Assembly: GCA_950097015.1 (NCBI GenBank) | Contig: CATNEN010000025.1 | Span: 8,928,001 to 8,992,000, forward strand | Source of the DNA: Macrostomum hystrix | Taxonomy: Eukaryota; Animalia; Platyhelminthes | Length of the DNA stretch: 64,000 nucleotides | Reading direction: 5' to 3' | Shown: in pieces, positions 23,601 through 36,900 of the stretch | How positions within the stretch are numbered: the first letter of the stretch is position 1 | Layout: the number at the start of each line of letters is the position of its first letter | Translations under genes and position numbers: made by a program | Notes under the pieces: generated by a model | What the model saw: the letters and a program-made list of their open reading frames with translations, nothing else | Database searches by the model: none | Told to the model about the DNA's origin: nothing

Positions 23601-23980
23601 GGCAATCAGGACGATTTATGAATAGTTCTTCTTGTTCTTCGCTGAAATGGGGGCGAACCTTGCTTAAGGGGACATTGGTTCTATTCTTAAGAGGGGCATT
23701 GTTGGTTCTCTGCAATTGGGGGCATTGGTTTTCTGCTAAAGATGAATTATTTCTTACTAGTATCACTTACATTTACTAATTAGAGATTTGGTAAAGGTGG
23801 ATGGATGGATAGGTGGGTTTTTTTATTACTACTACTACTGTTGCGTAGTAGTATCGAAGTAATATCGAACTAGGCTTACTAGGAGAGCAATACAAGATGT
23901 ACTTTTATGAGGCACAAACTTTTGCATCCTAACATCATAAATCTAATTTTTGAATTCTGTTTCAGAACTGAAAGCTTAAC

Positions 23981-26900
23981 ATGACTACAAAGCTGAGCTC
24001 ATTAATCGTTATTTCTCTGCTGCTGATCGGTAAGTGAAGTGGCTTTTTAGTTGAGGTTACATAATGATATTGATTATTAATTATATTCGCTGATTACACT
24101 TGCCCGTTGGAGCTACATGTGCAACACAGCACAGCCGTAGCTATTGCGCGGCTCATCTGAAGGTAGCATGCAGCTGTTCAGTCCATGGACCGGGGGCCAC
24201 ACCTACCCTCAATTACCAGCTAGTACCCGTTTAACAGCTGGGTGAACTGAAGCAATGCTGAGTGAGTTGTCCTGCTAATGGACACGAATTGTTCCAGCGA
24301 AGGCGGAATCGAACCCCCGACCGTCAAGTCGATTAGTTTAAGAAAACCACTAGGCTACAAACCCTGATTTCATATAATTTTATTTAAAATCTGTACTATT
24401 TATTATTTATTAAACATTGTCAGATACTGGCAGGTCTTCCGATTGGCACTGCCTACACAACGCACGCTACGAAGACGGTGTCAAAATTGGAAATAAGTAC
24501 GCGGTTAGGGTGAGTAGTATGTTGCAAACGGCCTTTATCGACCAGAAGATAAGAAATCCTTAGATTAAAGGATTTTTATGTACTGAGTACGTAAGCGATG
24601 CCTTAAGAATAGCCAAGTAGGCGAGTTTTATTAGCACCCAGTTGTGTCAGATTTGCAGCCAATGACAATAGACAGCGCTTCCAAAGGCTGTGTGCCTGTA
24701 CGTGGACTGAAGAGGCCGCGACTCCCCACAAAAATTTTTACCTAAGCTAATATGCTGGCACTAGTTACATAGATGGCTGAATGTGAAGAAAATGCTATTT
24801 AAACGACTTGCTCAACCTCCAAGACACATTTAGCTTCTATTCGTGCGGTTCTATCCAGTCAGCTGCAAGGAGCCAGGATAAAATAAAGCTGCGTCTGCTG
24901 TTTCAGGTGATGACGTATGTCCGAGGTGATCCGGGCTATAGGAAGAACCTGGAGTGCGGGTATCTTCTGAACGCGATCAACTATGACCAGCCCAGACAGA
25001 TGTACATTGACGTGCCCGTGGTGGACTTTGACAACAATACTGACCCGTTTTGCAACAAAACCGACGTGTTCAGCTTCTGGCATAAGTACAACGAGAGTGA
25101 GTGGTTTGGCTTAAGATAAAAGTTTCCTCTAAGTTTTCTCTCAATCCTCGACAATTCAACACTCCTATCAAGGAGAAATCATTTATAGTAATTCAAAACT
25201 AAAACTCCGAGGTACTGAGTAATTTCGTCGGCTTTCGCCTAAAATTAAAATTTTAACGTAAAAGTACAAGCAGGCAATGTGTGACTTTTTATTAAGGAAA
25301 ATGTGGTGCTTTCGTTTTGGCTTTACGAGTGTAATTTTATTACTCTATAAATATTGCGAACATCTCTTTAATTATTATTGAGTATTCACAACAGCTGCTA
25401 TCAGCCGACTGCACACATTTCAGCTGATTCGCGGCAGGAGTCCTGGTGCAGTAAATCGTCCGTGTCACGCAGTTTCCGATTATTGCCGTTCAGGCAGCAA
25501 ATAATCAACTTGTGGGACTCGTGAGTAGCACTGCAGCTTCTTACTGAGCTCTCTTATGAGAATGCGAGTTGAGACCCTGCTGCCTCACTTACCACTTCAC
25601 TCTGCAGGTCGTACTACCTGACTGCGCAATTCCGGTCTGACAATGAGCAAGTCCGCTCAGATGCCAAGGGATTGCAGTTGGATGCGTGGGTGGTGCACCC
25701 AAAATTTTGCCACTTGAAAATGTTGGATCTCGATAACTACTGCTACCTGGTCACTCCTGAGAATGTGTCGCTAGCTCAATCCAATCAGGTTGGAAAACTC
25801 TTCCTCGGCAACTTTTTCACTGTCCGAGGCGCCTCTTCTGGCCGGGATATCTTAGACTTTCTGCGCAGATTCTCTGAGAGAAGTACGCATTTCTTTTTCG
25901 AATTTCTAATGAGGACATTTTTGCTCAATTGTGCTCAATCTTGTCACCTCTTTGCGCTTCCCTCAGACAAAGCCAGGGAAGACGAGTATCCTTTCGAGTC
26001 GCCACTGGCCCTGACTAATCTCAGACTGTGGACCGGCTACTTTGTGAACGAATCCTCCTTCAGCGAGGAGGACCCGGTCATGTTTTACTCAGATCCGATA
26101 GACGACTGCATTGTCAAGCAAGTGAAAGTGTGAGTGCTGCTTCTCTATCCCGAGTCTAGTCTAAAGGATATTGTAAATATCATATGGTTTAGAATGTCAA
26201 TTATTCGATTTCAGGACTCGTGAGATTTTGACCGGCTGTAATAAAAACCCAGCGCCTGTAGCCCTTAATTGGCTTAGCAACGGCAGCGTGCATTTTTGCT
26301 GTGTGCCAGGCAACGATTCGATGCCAGCTCTGATCCAGTTCAGCCAGATTCCTAAAACCAAGGGCGACCTGCACCCGCAGCTGTTCCGCACCTGCGACAT
26401 CGCGCCGCCAACAACGACAACTACAGCGCCGCCAACAACGACTACGACTCCGGAACCAACGACAACTACAGCGCCGCCAACAACGACTACGACTCCGGAA
26501 CCAACGACAACTACAGCGCCGCCAACAGCGACCACGACTCCGGAACCAACGACAACTACAGCGCCGCCAACAACGACTACGACTCCGGAACCAACGACAA
26601 CTACAGCGCCGCCAACAACGACTACGACTCCGGAACCAACGACAACTACAGCGCCGCCAACAACGACTACGACTCCGGAACCAACGACAACTACAGCGCC
26701 GCCAACAACGACTACGACTCCGGAACCAACGACAACTACAGCGCCGCCAACAACGACTACGACTCCGGAACCAACGACAACTACAGCGCCGCCAACAACG
26801 ACTACGACTCCGGAACCAACGACAACTACAGCGCCGCCAACAACGACTACGACTCCGGAACCAACGACAACTACAGCGCCGCCAACAACGACTACGACTC

Positions 26901-27868
26901 CGGAACCAACGACAACTACAGCGCCGCCAACAACGACTACGACTCCGGAACCAACGACAACTACAGCGCCGCCAACAACGACTACGACTCCGGAACCAAC
27001 GACAACTACAGCGCCGCCAACAACGACTACGACTCCGGAACCAACGACAACTACAGCGCCGCCAACAACGACTACGACTCCGGAACCAACGACAACTACA
27101 GCGCCGCCAACAACGACTACGACTCCGGAACCAACGAAAACTACAGCGCCGCAAACAACGACTACGACTCCGGAACCAACGACAACTACAGCGCCGCCAA
27201 CAACGACTACGACTCCGGAACCAACGACAACTACAGCGCCGCCAACAACGACTACGACTCCGGAACCAACGACAACTACAGCGCCGCCAACAACGACTAC
27301 GACTCCGGAACCAACGACAACTACAGCGCCGCCAACAACGACTACGACTCCGGAACCAACGACAACTACAGCGCCGCCAACAACGACTACGACTCCGGAA
27401 CCAACGACAACTACAGCGCCGCCAACAACGACTACGACTCCGGAACCAACGAAAACTACAGCGCCGCAAACAACGACTACGACTCCGGAACCAACGACAA
27501 CTACAGCGCCGCCAACAACGACTACGACTCCGGAACCAACGACAACTAATGCGCCGCCAACAACGACTACGACTCCGGAACCAACGACAACTACAGCGCC
27601 GCCAACAACGACTACGACTCCGGAACCAACGAAAACTACAGCGCCGCAAACAACGACTACGACTCCGGAACCAACGACAACTACAGCGCCGCCAACAACG
27701 ACTACGACTCCGGAACCAACGACAACTACAGCGCCGCCAACAACGACTACGACTCCGGAACCAACGACAACTACAGCGCCGCCACCAATCAGAGCAGTGC
27801 CGTCAGCGGCAATACTATCATTATTATTGATTTTGTTGTTGCCCTTGTTATCATCGTGGCTATTGTGA
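23981..27868 (+). CDS. Spliced gene, copy 2 of the CUB/lectin-like/mucin/GPI surface protein
   Basis: Same exon structure with splice sites conserved: exon 1 23981-24029, exon 2 24424-24509, CUB exon in ORF 24808-25119, lectin-like exons in ORF 25672-26133, terminal exon in ORF 26228-27868. Exons examined stay open despite many substitutions. Confidence 0.8.
26402..27784 (+). repeat. Coding 45-bp mucin repeat, copy 2 (one unit longer)
   Basis: Same unit; ORF 546 aa versus 531 aa. Confidence 0.95.
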
Positions 27869-29805
27869 TCGGTGTCGTTGTCTACTTTAGTCGTCAAAGA
27901 GGACAGCAGCCGCCATCAACTAATGGGGACTAGCCGCCACTGCGGGGTAATCAGAAGGAGAAAAAGGCCAGAAGCCGCTACTGGGGACGAACACTCGGGA
28001 TTTCAAAAGCGATAGAAACGCTGTGGCTAAGAGTGTCGGCTTGACTGTGGACAATGTCGAAGGCACTTTCTGAAGTCTGTTTGGTGGGCGCTTTTACTCA
28101 TAATTTTGCATTGGCTAACAGCGTTGCTTAATTTTGTTTTGTTTATAAAGACAGAAATGTTTTTACGATCGCTTATTTCCGGTCTGCGAAGGAAGGAAAA
28201 CCGGAATTGTCATTTTTCTGTTTTCATTTGAAATCTAAAATAATCTGTAATGCATGCTGAAGAAGCAGAAGTGCCCCATTGTCAGTCGACCTTTCGAACC
28301 CCCGCGCGTGCGCGTATCTAGCTTGTAATTGCGATCCCCGCGACCCAGTTCCTGTATTCCCATGTTTTACTTCTCTGTTTAGTAGTAATTGGTGATGGAG
28401 CTAATGATATATAGATAAGGTTCCGCAATTAAATTTATATTTCCCGAACATAGAATCCTTTTCCCCGGATTCCTATGATTCGAAATCCCCCATCCCCGGA
28501 TCATTAATTGGTTAACTTGACTTGCTACATATCGAATTAAAGTAAGGATGCGAGAGGAAGCAGTCTATCTATTTGTGTGGTTATTATTATCATTAGTTAG
28601 AGGTTAGGATATAATTCTCCATCCTCAATACCGTTTTCTGATTGTTAGTTGTTAGATTGTTTCGTAATTGATTGTAGTAATTTGTCTGCAGCAATATATT
28701 TGAAGCAATACCTGTCTTTAATTTCACTATTCTAATTATACGTTCCTTAAATATTTGGGCTTAAGTTATTATTGTAGTGTCTGTTATTAATGCTTCTGAT
28801 GACAGCTGTTGTATCTTAAATAACTGACGCAACGGAGATTCAGATTTGTTAGACTTAGAGTAATAAGGAAAACACGCCGATAGGCGGCACTCGGCAGGCA
28901 GACGAATAGGAGTGTGTATTTGATATATTATAGCAATAGCCGTACGATATACGCATGAGTGCAGAGGTCGGGGCTTTTATTTATAGGCCCAAAGGCGTGT
29001 GGAGAGAGCATTCTAGAAAGTTACTAAAAATAGACTACACGGGAAAGTTCTGGAACCAGTGATGGACTTAACGCCTTACGACAAAGAATAGAAATTTCTG
29101 GAAAGTTCCCGGGAATTACAGCAACAATAGTCTCAACAGCTGCAGCGACCCTTTTGACCCTTTCGGCCAATCGGCAATTTATTGGCCGATTTATAATATT
29201 TGTGAAGTTAAAATAGGAGGCCGCATCAAGAAAAAGATGTAGCTAGTTTAACCTGTCCTCAGGTGACGGCAATTCTTTCGGACTGTTCTAGACCTAGTGC
29301 CACGGCCATAGTATTCGCTATACCATTATCTTAGTTCCTTTCGGCTTAGGCTCTATAGGTTCTTTAGGTTCTCAGTGCAGCTTTTTCGAAACAGTTGCAA
29401 CTAGTTAGCTGATTTAAAAGTAATTAAGCTAGTCATTTTGATCAAATCAAAATGCAAAAGTACTGAGAACACGTCTAGTCCTTTATAAAGCTGAGCTGCG
29501 GAGCATGCTCCATTTTATCTAAGATTGCAATCTCTGCTTGAACAAACACATGGGCAACGTTGCGAACACGTTGTCGGAACCAACGAGAATCCGGAAAAAG
29601 TACCCTAAAAGTAACATTGCCCAGCACTGTATGCTATATTTATGCCAGTTAGGCTTCTCCCTTTCCACTTTAGGGTAGCATTCATTAACAGTAGGCAATG
29701 TTATACATTGTTTTGCTTAATTATTTTTTAACCTGATTCGAACTCATGTGACCACATTAGTGTGTAGTATGATGTGGCAAGGGTCACACACATGCTGATA
29801 TAGCT

Positions 29806-31852
29806 TTTGCGCCTTTGCGACCGCCCTGGGATCAGCGCAGGCGCCGGACTACAGCAGAATCAGCTCAGCCATCGCCACTGCCGCTGCCAAGACTCTGCCG
29901 CTTATGGAACCCGCGTCACGGCAACTTCCAGTTTGGGCGAGCGACCCGGAGGTCCGTGAGGCCCGCCGCACTGTCGAGCAGCTGCGGCGAGCCAGGCGAC
30001 CGATATCCGATGCCGAGAAGGCCCTGGCAGACGCCTACGCAAGTCGACAGAAAGCCGCTGTTGACGACGCGATCCGGGCTGTCACCTCTGTCGGGCCTGA
30101 ACGGCAGAGCAGGGTCGTCTGGCCGGTCGTGAACGCCCTCACCGGTCGCAAAAAGAAGGCGGCGCTCAACCCGGCTGGCGACACTGCCGAGGAGCGCAGA
30201 AACGAGCTGCATACCTTCTTCGCCGCCGTCGACTCTGCCGAACGAGATGCCGCTGCCCCCCCGAGGTGGCGCTACCGCGGCAGGAGGACTTCGACACCAG
30301 TCCAGTGACCAGCACGGACATCGTGGAGTTCGCCCGCAGGGCACCGCGCCCCCGGTCCGGATGAGGTCCCCGTCGAGGCGCTGCGGGTCACAAGGGTTGC
30401 CACCGAGGTGGCCCGCGTGATGAACGGCGTCCTGGCGGGAGGCCCTGCGCCCCGCGAGTGGACCCAGGCCACCATCGTCGGCATCCCGAAGAAGCCCGGC
30501 ACTACGCGGAATGAGGAGCATCGCGGGATCTCGCTCATGTCCTGTGCCGCGAAGCTGTTCAACCGGGTGCTGTTAGCACGGTTACAGCCTGTGCTGGACT
30601 CGTTTCTGCGGTACGAGCAGAACGGGTTCCGGCACGGTGACTCAGATCCTGGCCCTCCACCGCATCATCGAGGAGGCGCGCATCCACCAGTCAAGCCTTG
30701 TCGTCATCTTTGTTTACTTTCTCAAGGCTTTCGACTCGGTGGCCCGCGGCGCGCTGCCTCACGTACTCCGTGCCTACAACATACCGCAGCAGCTGATCTC
30801 CGCCATCATCGCGCTGTATCAGGACACAACCGCTGTGTTAGCGACGCCAGACGGACCGTCGGACCAGTTCAGCACTACCTCCGGAGTGCTGCAGGGTGAC
30901 ACTCTGGTGCCCTTTCTCTTCGTGCTGGTGATGGACTGGGTGCTCAGGACCGGCCTGCCGACTGCAGAGGACGGTTTTCTGCTTCAAAGGCGCACTAGTC
31001 GACGGCACCCGAAGAAGAAGCTGTCTGTCCTCAGCTACGCGGACGACCTGCCCCGCTGTCTACGACGGCCGAAGGCGCCCAACGGCTGCTGGATGGCCTG
31101 ACTGCGGCGGCGGCGAGGGTCGGCCTCGCTATCAACGCCATGAACACCGAGGTGCTGACGGTGCCGCATAACCTACCTGCCGAGATTCGACTACAAGACG
31201 GTGACGGCCCGGGACCGGGCTCCCGAAGTGCCGTCAGTTCGTCTACCTCGGCGGACTGGTGCCTGACGTGGGCGACGACCTGGCGAGACGGTGCGGCAAG
31301 GCCTGGGCCGCCTTCCGTTCTGTGCGGGCGGTGCTGCTCTCCGAGGCCCTGTCGAACGGCGCCAGGTCCCAGCTGTTCCAGGCGGTTGTCGAGACCGCCC
31401 TGTTGTACAATGCTGAGACCTGGACGATGACCGGGGCGCTCGAGGCGCAGCTCGACGCGGCGCATGCGGCCCTAGTTCGCGCCTCTTTCGGTGCCCGACG
31501 CGGCCCTGGCAGCCGATTCCCTCTACCAGCGTGCGTGCCTAACTCGGCCTTCTGTCCTGCTGAGTCAGCGGCGCCTGTGTCAGGCCGGGCATGTCTTCCG
31601 GGCCGAAGCCTACTGCCCAGAGCCGCTGCAGGATGTCCTGCTGCGGACATCGCAGGGACCGCGCAGGCGCGGCCTGGGTCAATCAGCCCGCTATGTCGAC
31701 CGTCTTTTTGAAGACGCCCGAGCACCCAGCCAGGCGGCCGGCGTGAAGTATGTCAGAGACGCGCGAAACTCTGAAACGCGCGATTTGACGCCCCCCCTCT
31801 TGGCCACTTTTGTGTTCGGCTTGGGCGTAACTATTATTATTATTATTATTAT
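29806..31852 (+). mobile_element. RTE/RTEX-like LINE, duplicated copy
   Basis: Near-identical to 9460-11514, with shared and private indels and the same tail and TSD. Confidence 0.9.
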
Positions 31853-32129
31853 TATAGCTTTGCAAGGTTTTAAGCACAGATTCTATATTATCTAGATGCG
31901 CCACTGCAGCAATTTCTAATGCATTCAGTTGCCGCTTTCAATGCCTCTGCGAAAAACCCAGGGTTTATACCACAGACATTTTACGCTGCTGCAGTCAAGC
32001 GGCAGCCATGATCACAGATTCTATATTATATTATATTAGCCATGATCGTCTCTCACTTGCAAGCAGAGCTGCAGCTTTTAAGGTTGGCACAGCGCAATCC
32101 TCCACAACTGATTACGAACACCAACCAGT

Positions 32130-32478
32130 GATGAGCGGGCATCGCTGCTGCACTGCTGCTTGTGATTCGAGGGAGAACACGCCAGTTTCACAACACGGCT
32201 TCGCTGTGCACCTGCATCAGTTTCCGAGCGATGATGAGGTGGCAGCGCAATGGATTCGAGTGCTAGAGCTCCAGAATATGGATGTGCAGACTGCGCGAAG
32301 CCGTAGGCTGAAGGTTTGCAGCCTGCACTTTAAGGACTCGGACTACCCCATCGCACCACGTGACAGGCGCTCGGCTCGGTTGAGGAAAGACGCCGTTCCA
32401 TGGCCTGCAACTTTCCCTCCGCGATTCAGTCAGTCGTCATTCCCTCAGTCATTCAGCCAGAATTGGTCTATGACCTAA
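32130..32478 (+). CDS. THAP domain ORF, copy 2
   Basis: Near-identical to 11792-12140. Confidence 0.75.
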
Positions 32479-33938
32479 ACCGAATTGTTGAGTTCACACC
32501 TCAGCAGAGTTCAAACTACAGAGGGTGTCCGCAAAGCACAGAACTTACAGAACTTATTGGTAAGTTCTGTTCTTGTAGGTATCGAATTTTTACTAATTAG
32601 CGCACGTACATACGATTTAAGACATCATGAGAAAAAAATTAAACGTTGGGCTGGTTTTCAGTAGATAATGCATCGTTGATTTAGCTCGTAAAGCAATAAT
32701 ATTTAACGTCAAGAAGCAGACAGACATAATAAAACAAACGCGCAGGATAAGTATTGGAAAAATTCTCTGAATGGGTATAGCAAATAATATAATTCAGTTG
32801 GTAAAAATAACAGTGTGCTGCAATGAAGGTGTTGCAGTCAGTTCAGTTCAGGAGCTGTTTGTCCGTATCTGCATTGCAATCAATTAATAATTTCCGGGTT
32901 TGTTAGAAAAGAGTCAGATCCTAATCCTAACGAGGTAATGACACTCGCTCACAAAAGAACTATTAATTAAAATAATGTGATATAAAAATTCTATGTTTTA
33001 AAAGCACAAGCGATTAAAATAGTATATTTCAAGACATTCTTGCAGTTTAGGGAGTAAATAAGTTAAAATGAAGCATTATAGTTAAACGATTCGAACATTA
33101 CATCAACCTTACATATGAACACTTGTAGCACATTGGAAACACTTTAGGCGATAGTACATTCATAGTAAGCTTCTTATAGTACGAGTAGTTTCATCAGGGA
33201 TCGAGAGAAATCACAAAACTCAGTCTTGCAATTCGATTGCCTGTAATAGAAGGTAATGAACATTAGTATAGAATGAAAACTGTCTCGCAATCCTTGGAAA
33301 ATGTTTAAATTTTACATTTTCCTAGAATTATAAATCCGATTCTCAGCGATCTGCAGTTAAAAATTTTCGAATTACTGATAGGCATCGTTAAGAAATAGTA
33401 ACTTCGCTATAATTGAAGTGCGTCAAAGTTATTCGTTAAATATTTCCGATTGACGTAAGTTTAATTATAGGTAATTGTTACCAATTCTTTCTACTTAGTG
33501 TTAATCGCTAAATAAAATGCGCAAGTCATTCTTTAAATTCTAAAATATTCTAAAAATGTATGACAATACTCTCCGTTACTAACGCTTAATAAATGACATA
33601 CAAAAATTTAATTCTATGTTGAAAATTAATAAAATTAAATATTTATTTATTATGAAAATTATAATTTACTAAAGATTAGACTAAAATATTTACAATTAAT
33701 GGGCTTTTAATATAAACTTAAGTTTTGTTTATTTTTAAACGATTTTACCCGCCAATGTCCTGAAAATGAAGCGAGGTATGTTGCCCTGCTCCTCGAGTTG
33801 GGCTCCAGCTAAGTAAGAAAACTATACTCATACTCATGAGAAGATAAAAACATGAATTAGCTTCCCAAACGGAAATCCTAAATGAATGTCAGTGCCAGTC
33901 CTCGACAAGGTGGCAGGTGTTCAATGTGTTCTTCATCT

Positions 33939-36900
33939 TCATGGACTCGCCGGTGGCATCTGGCGACGCCGGAGTCGCTCCGTCGCCGCTTCGTCGTCGC
34001 CGCCGTTGCAGCAGGCCAGGATGCGACGCCGCAGACGTTCGCGCCGAGTTCGGCCAGTCAGCACGAAGGGCCGCAGCGAATCGTCTGGCGCCGGGGGTGG
34101 CACCACGTTGAACTCGAGTTCAGCTGCCGCCAGGTAGTCGTGCATGTTGTCGCTCTCGCTGCCTGGTGACTTCTTCAGCCACTCCATGGACGGCTCGCTC
34201 AGGCCCTCCGGGTAGTGGGGCGCCGACTGGCCCTCCACGCAGCGAGATGAGATCTGGAACAGAGGCGGAGGATGAAGCATTTCATTAAGTTCTGGGATCG
34301 CGTTAGCAGTAAAAGACCATTGGGTTGTTTCAGTTTGCCCACATTTTTCTTTTTTCTGCATCCGCCAAAATATTCAACCAATCACCATGAAGTCCAGAGC
34401 TAAAAGTTTCCACTCTATTCGATGAAACAATTCTTCCATAATCACAAAGGGGCGAATTCCCTGTGGTCTTCCCCAGGGGCGAATTCCCTTTGGTCTTCCC
34501 CAGGGGCGAATTCCCTGTGGTCTTCCCCAGGGGCGAATTTCCTGTGGTCTTCCCCAGGGGCGAATTCCCTGTGTTCTTCCCCAGGGGCGAATTCCCTGTG
34601 GTCTACTGTTAATGTCGAGTCTCTGAATGCCTAGGAATCGATTGGTTTCTAAAAATAGTTGCATTTCTTAAAGCCGTGCAGTTGCAAAGACGCATTCTAT
34701 TCAGTATTATTTTAATTTGTACGATTACATTCTTTACATTTCAAGCAACAATTCCTCTAATTTCAAAGTGTAGCAGTGCTCAGCTCACCTCCAGGTTGTA
34801 GTCCAGAATCTCGGACGTGTGAAAATCTTCGTCATCGTCTCCGAAGGGATTCATAACGCACATAGCCACCTTGAGCCAGCCCATCAGAAAGAGGAACTGG
34901 CCAATTTAGAAAAAAAGTTTAGGAATCTAAATTAGTGCGCACTTGAACATGTCTGGAGAATAGCTTGTAGCAGAGTTGCTGGCCCTGGTGCTATGGGAAT
35001 TTTTGCTGAGAATATTCTATAGAAACATTTCGAAATCTACCCCGTCCACTGAAAATCTTCGATGGAAATCTACCCCTGAAACTGAGACTAGTCAATGGAA
35101 ATCTACCCCTGAAACTGAGACTAGTCTATGGAAATCTACCCCTGAAACTGAGACTAGTCTATGGAAATCTACCCCTGAAACTGAGACTCGTCTATGGAAA
35201 TCTACCCCTGAAACTGAGACTCGTCTATGGAAATCTACCCCTGAAACTGAGACTAGTCTATGGAAATCTACCCCTGAAACTGAGACTCGTCTATGGAAAT
35301 CTATCCCTGAAACTGAGACTAGTCTATGGAAATCTATCCCTGAAACTGAGACTAGTCTATGGAAATCTACCCCTGAAACTGAGACTAGTCTATGGAAATC
35401 TTCCCCTGAAACTGAGACTAGTCTATGGAAATCTACCCCTGAAACTGAGACTCGTCAATGGAAATCTACCCCTGAAACTGAGACTCGTCTATGGAAATCT
35501 ATCCCTGAAACTGAGACTAGTCTATGGAAATCTACCCCTTCAAATGAGACTAGTCTATGGAAATCTACCCCTGAAACTGAGACTAGTCTATGGAAATCTA
35601 CCCCTGAAACTGAGACTAGTCTATGGAAATCTATCCCTGAAACTGAGACTAGTCTATGGAAATCTACCCCTGAAACTGAGACTAGTCTATGGAAATCTAC
35701 CCCTGAAACTGAGACTAGTCTATGGAAATCTATCCCTGAAACTGAGACTAGTCTATGGAAATCTACCCCTGAAACTGAGACTCGTCTATGGAAATCTACC
35801 CCTGAAACTGAGACTAGTCTATGGAAATCTACCCCTGAAACTGAGACTCGTCAATGGAAATCTACCCCTGAAACTGAGACTCGTCAATGGAAATCTACCC
35901 CTGAAACTGAGACTCGTCTATGGAAATCTACCCCTGAAACTGAGACTAGTCTATGGAAATCTACCCCTGAAACTGAGACTAGTCTATGGAAATCTACCCC
36001 TGAAACTGAGACTAGTCTATGGAAATCTACCCCTGAAACTGAGACTAGTCTATGGAAATCTACCCCTGAAACTGAGACTAGTCTATGGAAATCTACCCCT
36101 GAAACTGAGACTAGTCTATGGAAATCTACCCCTGAAACAGAGACTCGTCAATGGAAATCTACCCCTGAAACTGGGACTCGTCTATGGAAATCTACCCCTG
36201 AAACTGAGACTAGTCTTTGGAAATCTATCCCTGAAACTGAGACTAGTCTATGGAAATCTATGGAAATCGTCTATGGAAATCTACCCCTGAAACTGAGACT
36301 AGTCTATGGAAATCTACCCCTGAAACTGAGACTAGTCTATGGAAATCTACCCCTGAAACTGAGACTAGTCTATGGAAATCTACCCCTGAAACTGAGACTA
36401 GTCTATGGAAATCTACCCCTGAAACTGAGACTAGTCTATGGAAATCTACCCCTGAAACTGAGACTAGTCTATGGAAATCTACCCCTGAAACTGAGACTAG
36501 TCTATGGAAATCTACCCCTGAAACAGAGACTCGTCAATGGAAATCTACCCCTGAAACTGGGACTCGTCTATGGAAATCTACCCCTGAAACTGAGACTAGT
36601 CTTTGGAAATCTACCCCTGAAACTGAGACTAGTCTATGGAAATCTATGGAAATCGTCTATGGAAATCTACCCCTGAAACTGAGACTAGTCTATGGAAATC
36701 TACCCCTGAAACTGAGACTAGTCTATGGAAATCTACCCCTGAAACTGAGACTAGTCTATGGAAATCTATCCCTGAAACTGAGACTCGTCTATGGAAATCT
36801 ACCCCTGAAACTGAGACTAGTCTATGGAAATCTACCCCTGAAACTGAGACTAGTCTATGGAAATCTACCCCTGAAACTGAGACTTGTCTATGGAAATCTA

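Larger units (their letters stand above)
23948..34919. repeat. Segmental duplication, copy 2
   Basis: Colinear with 1-15172 except for the missing 5601-9244 segment, the missing Merlin element and repeat copy-number changes. Confidence 0.95.
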
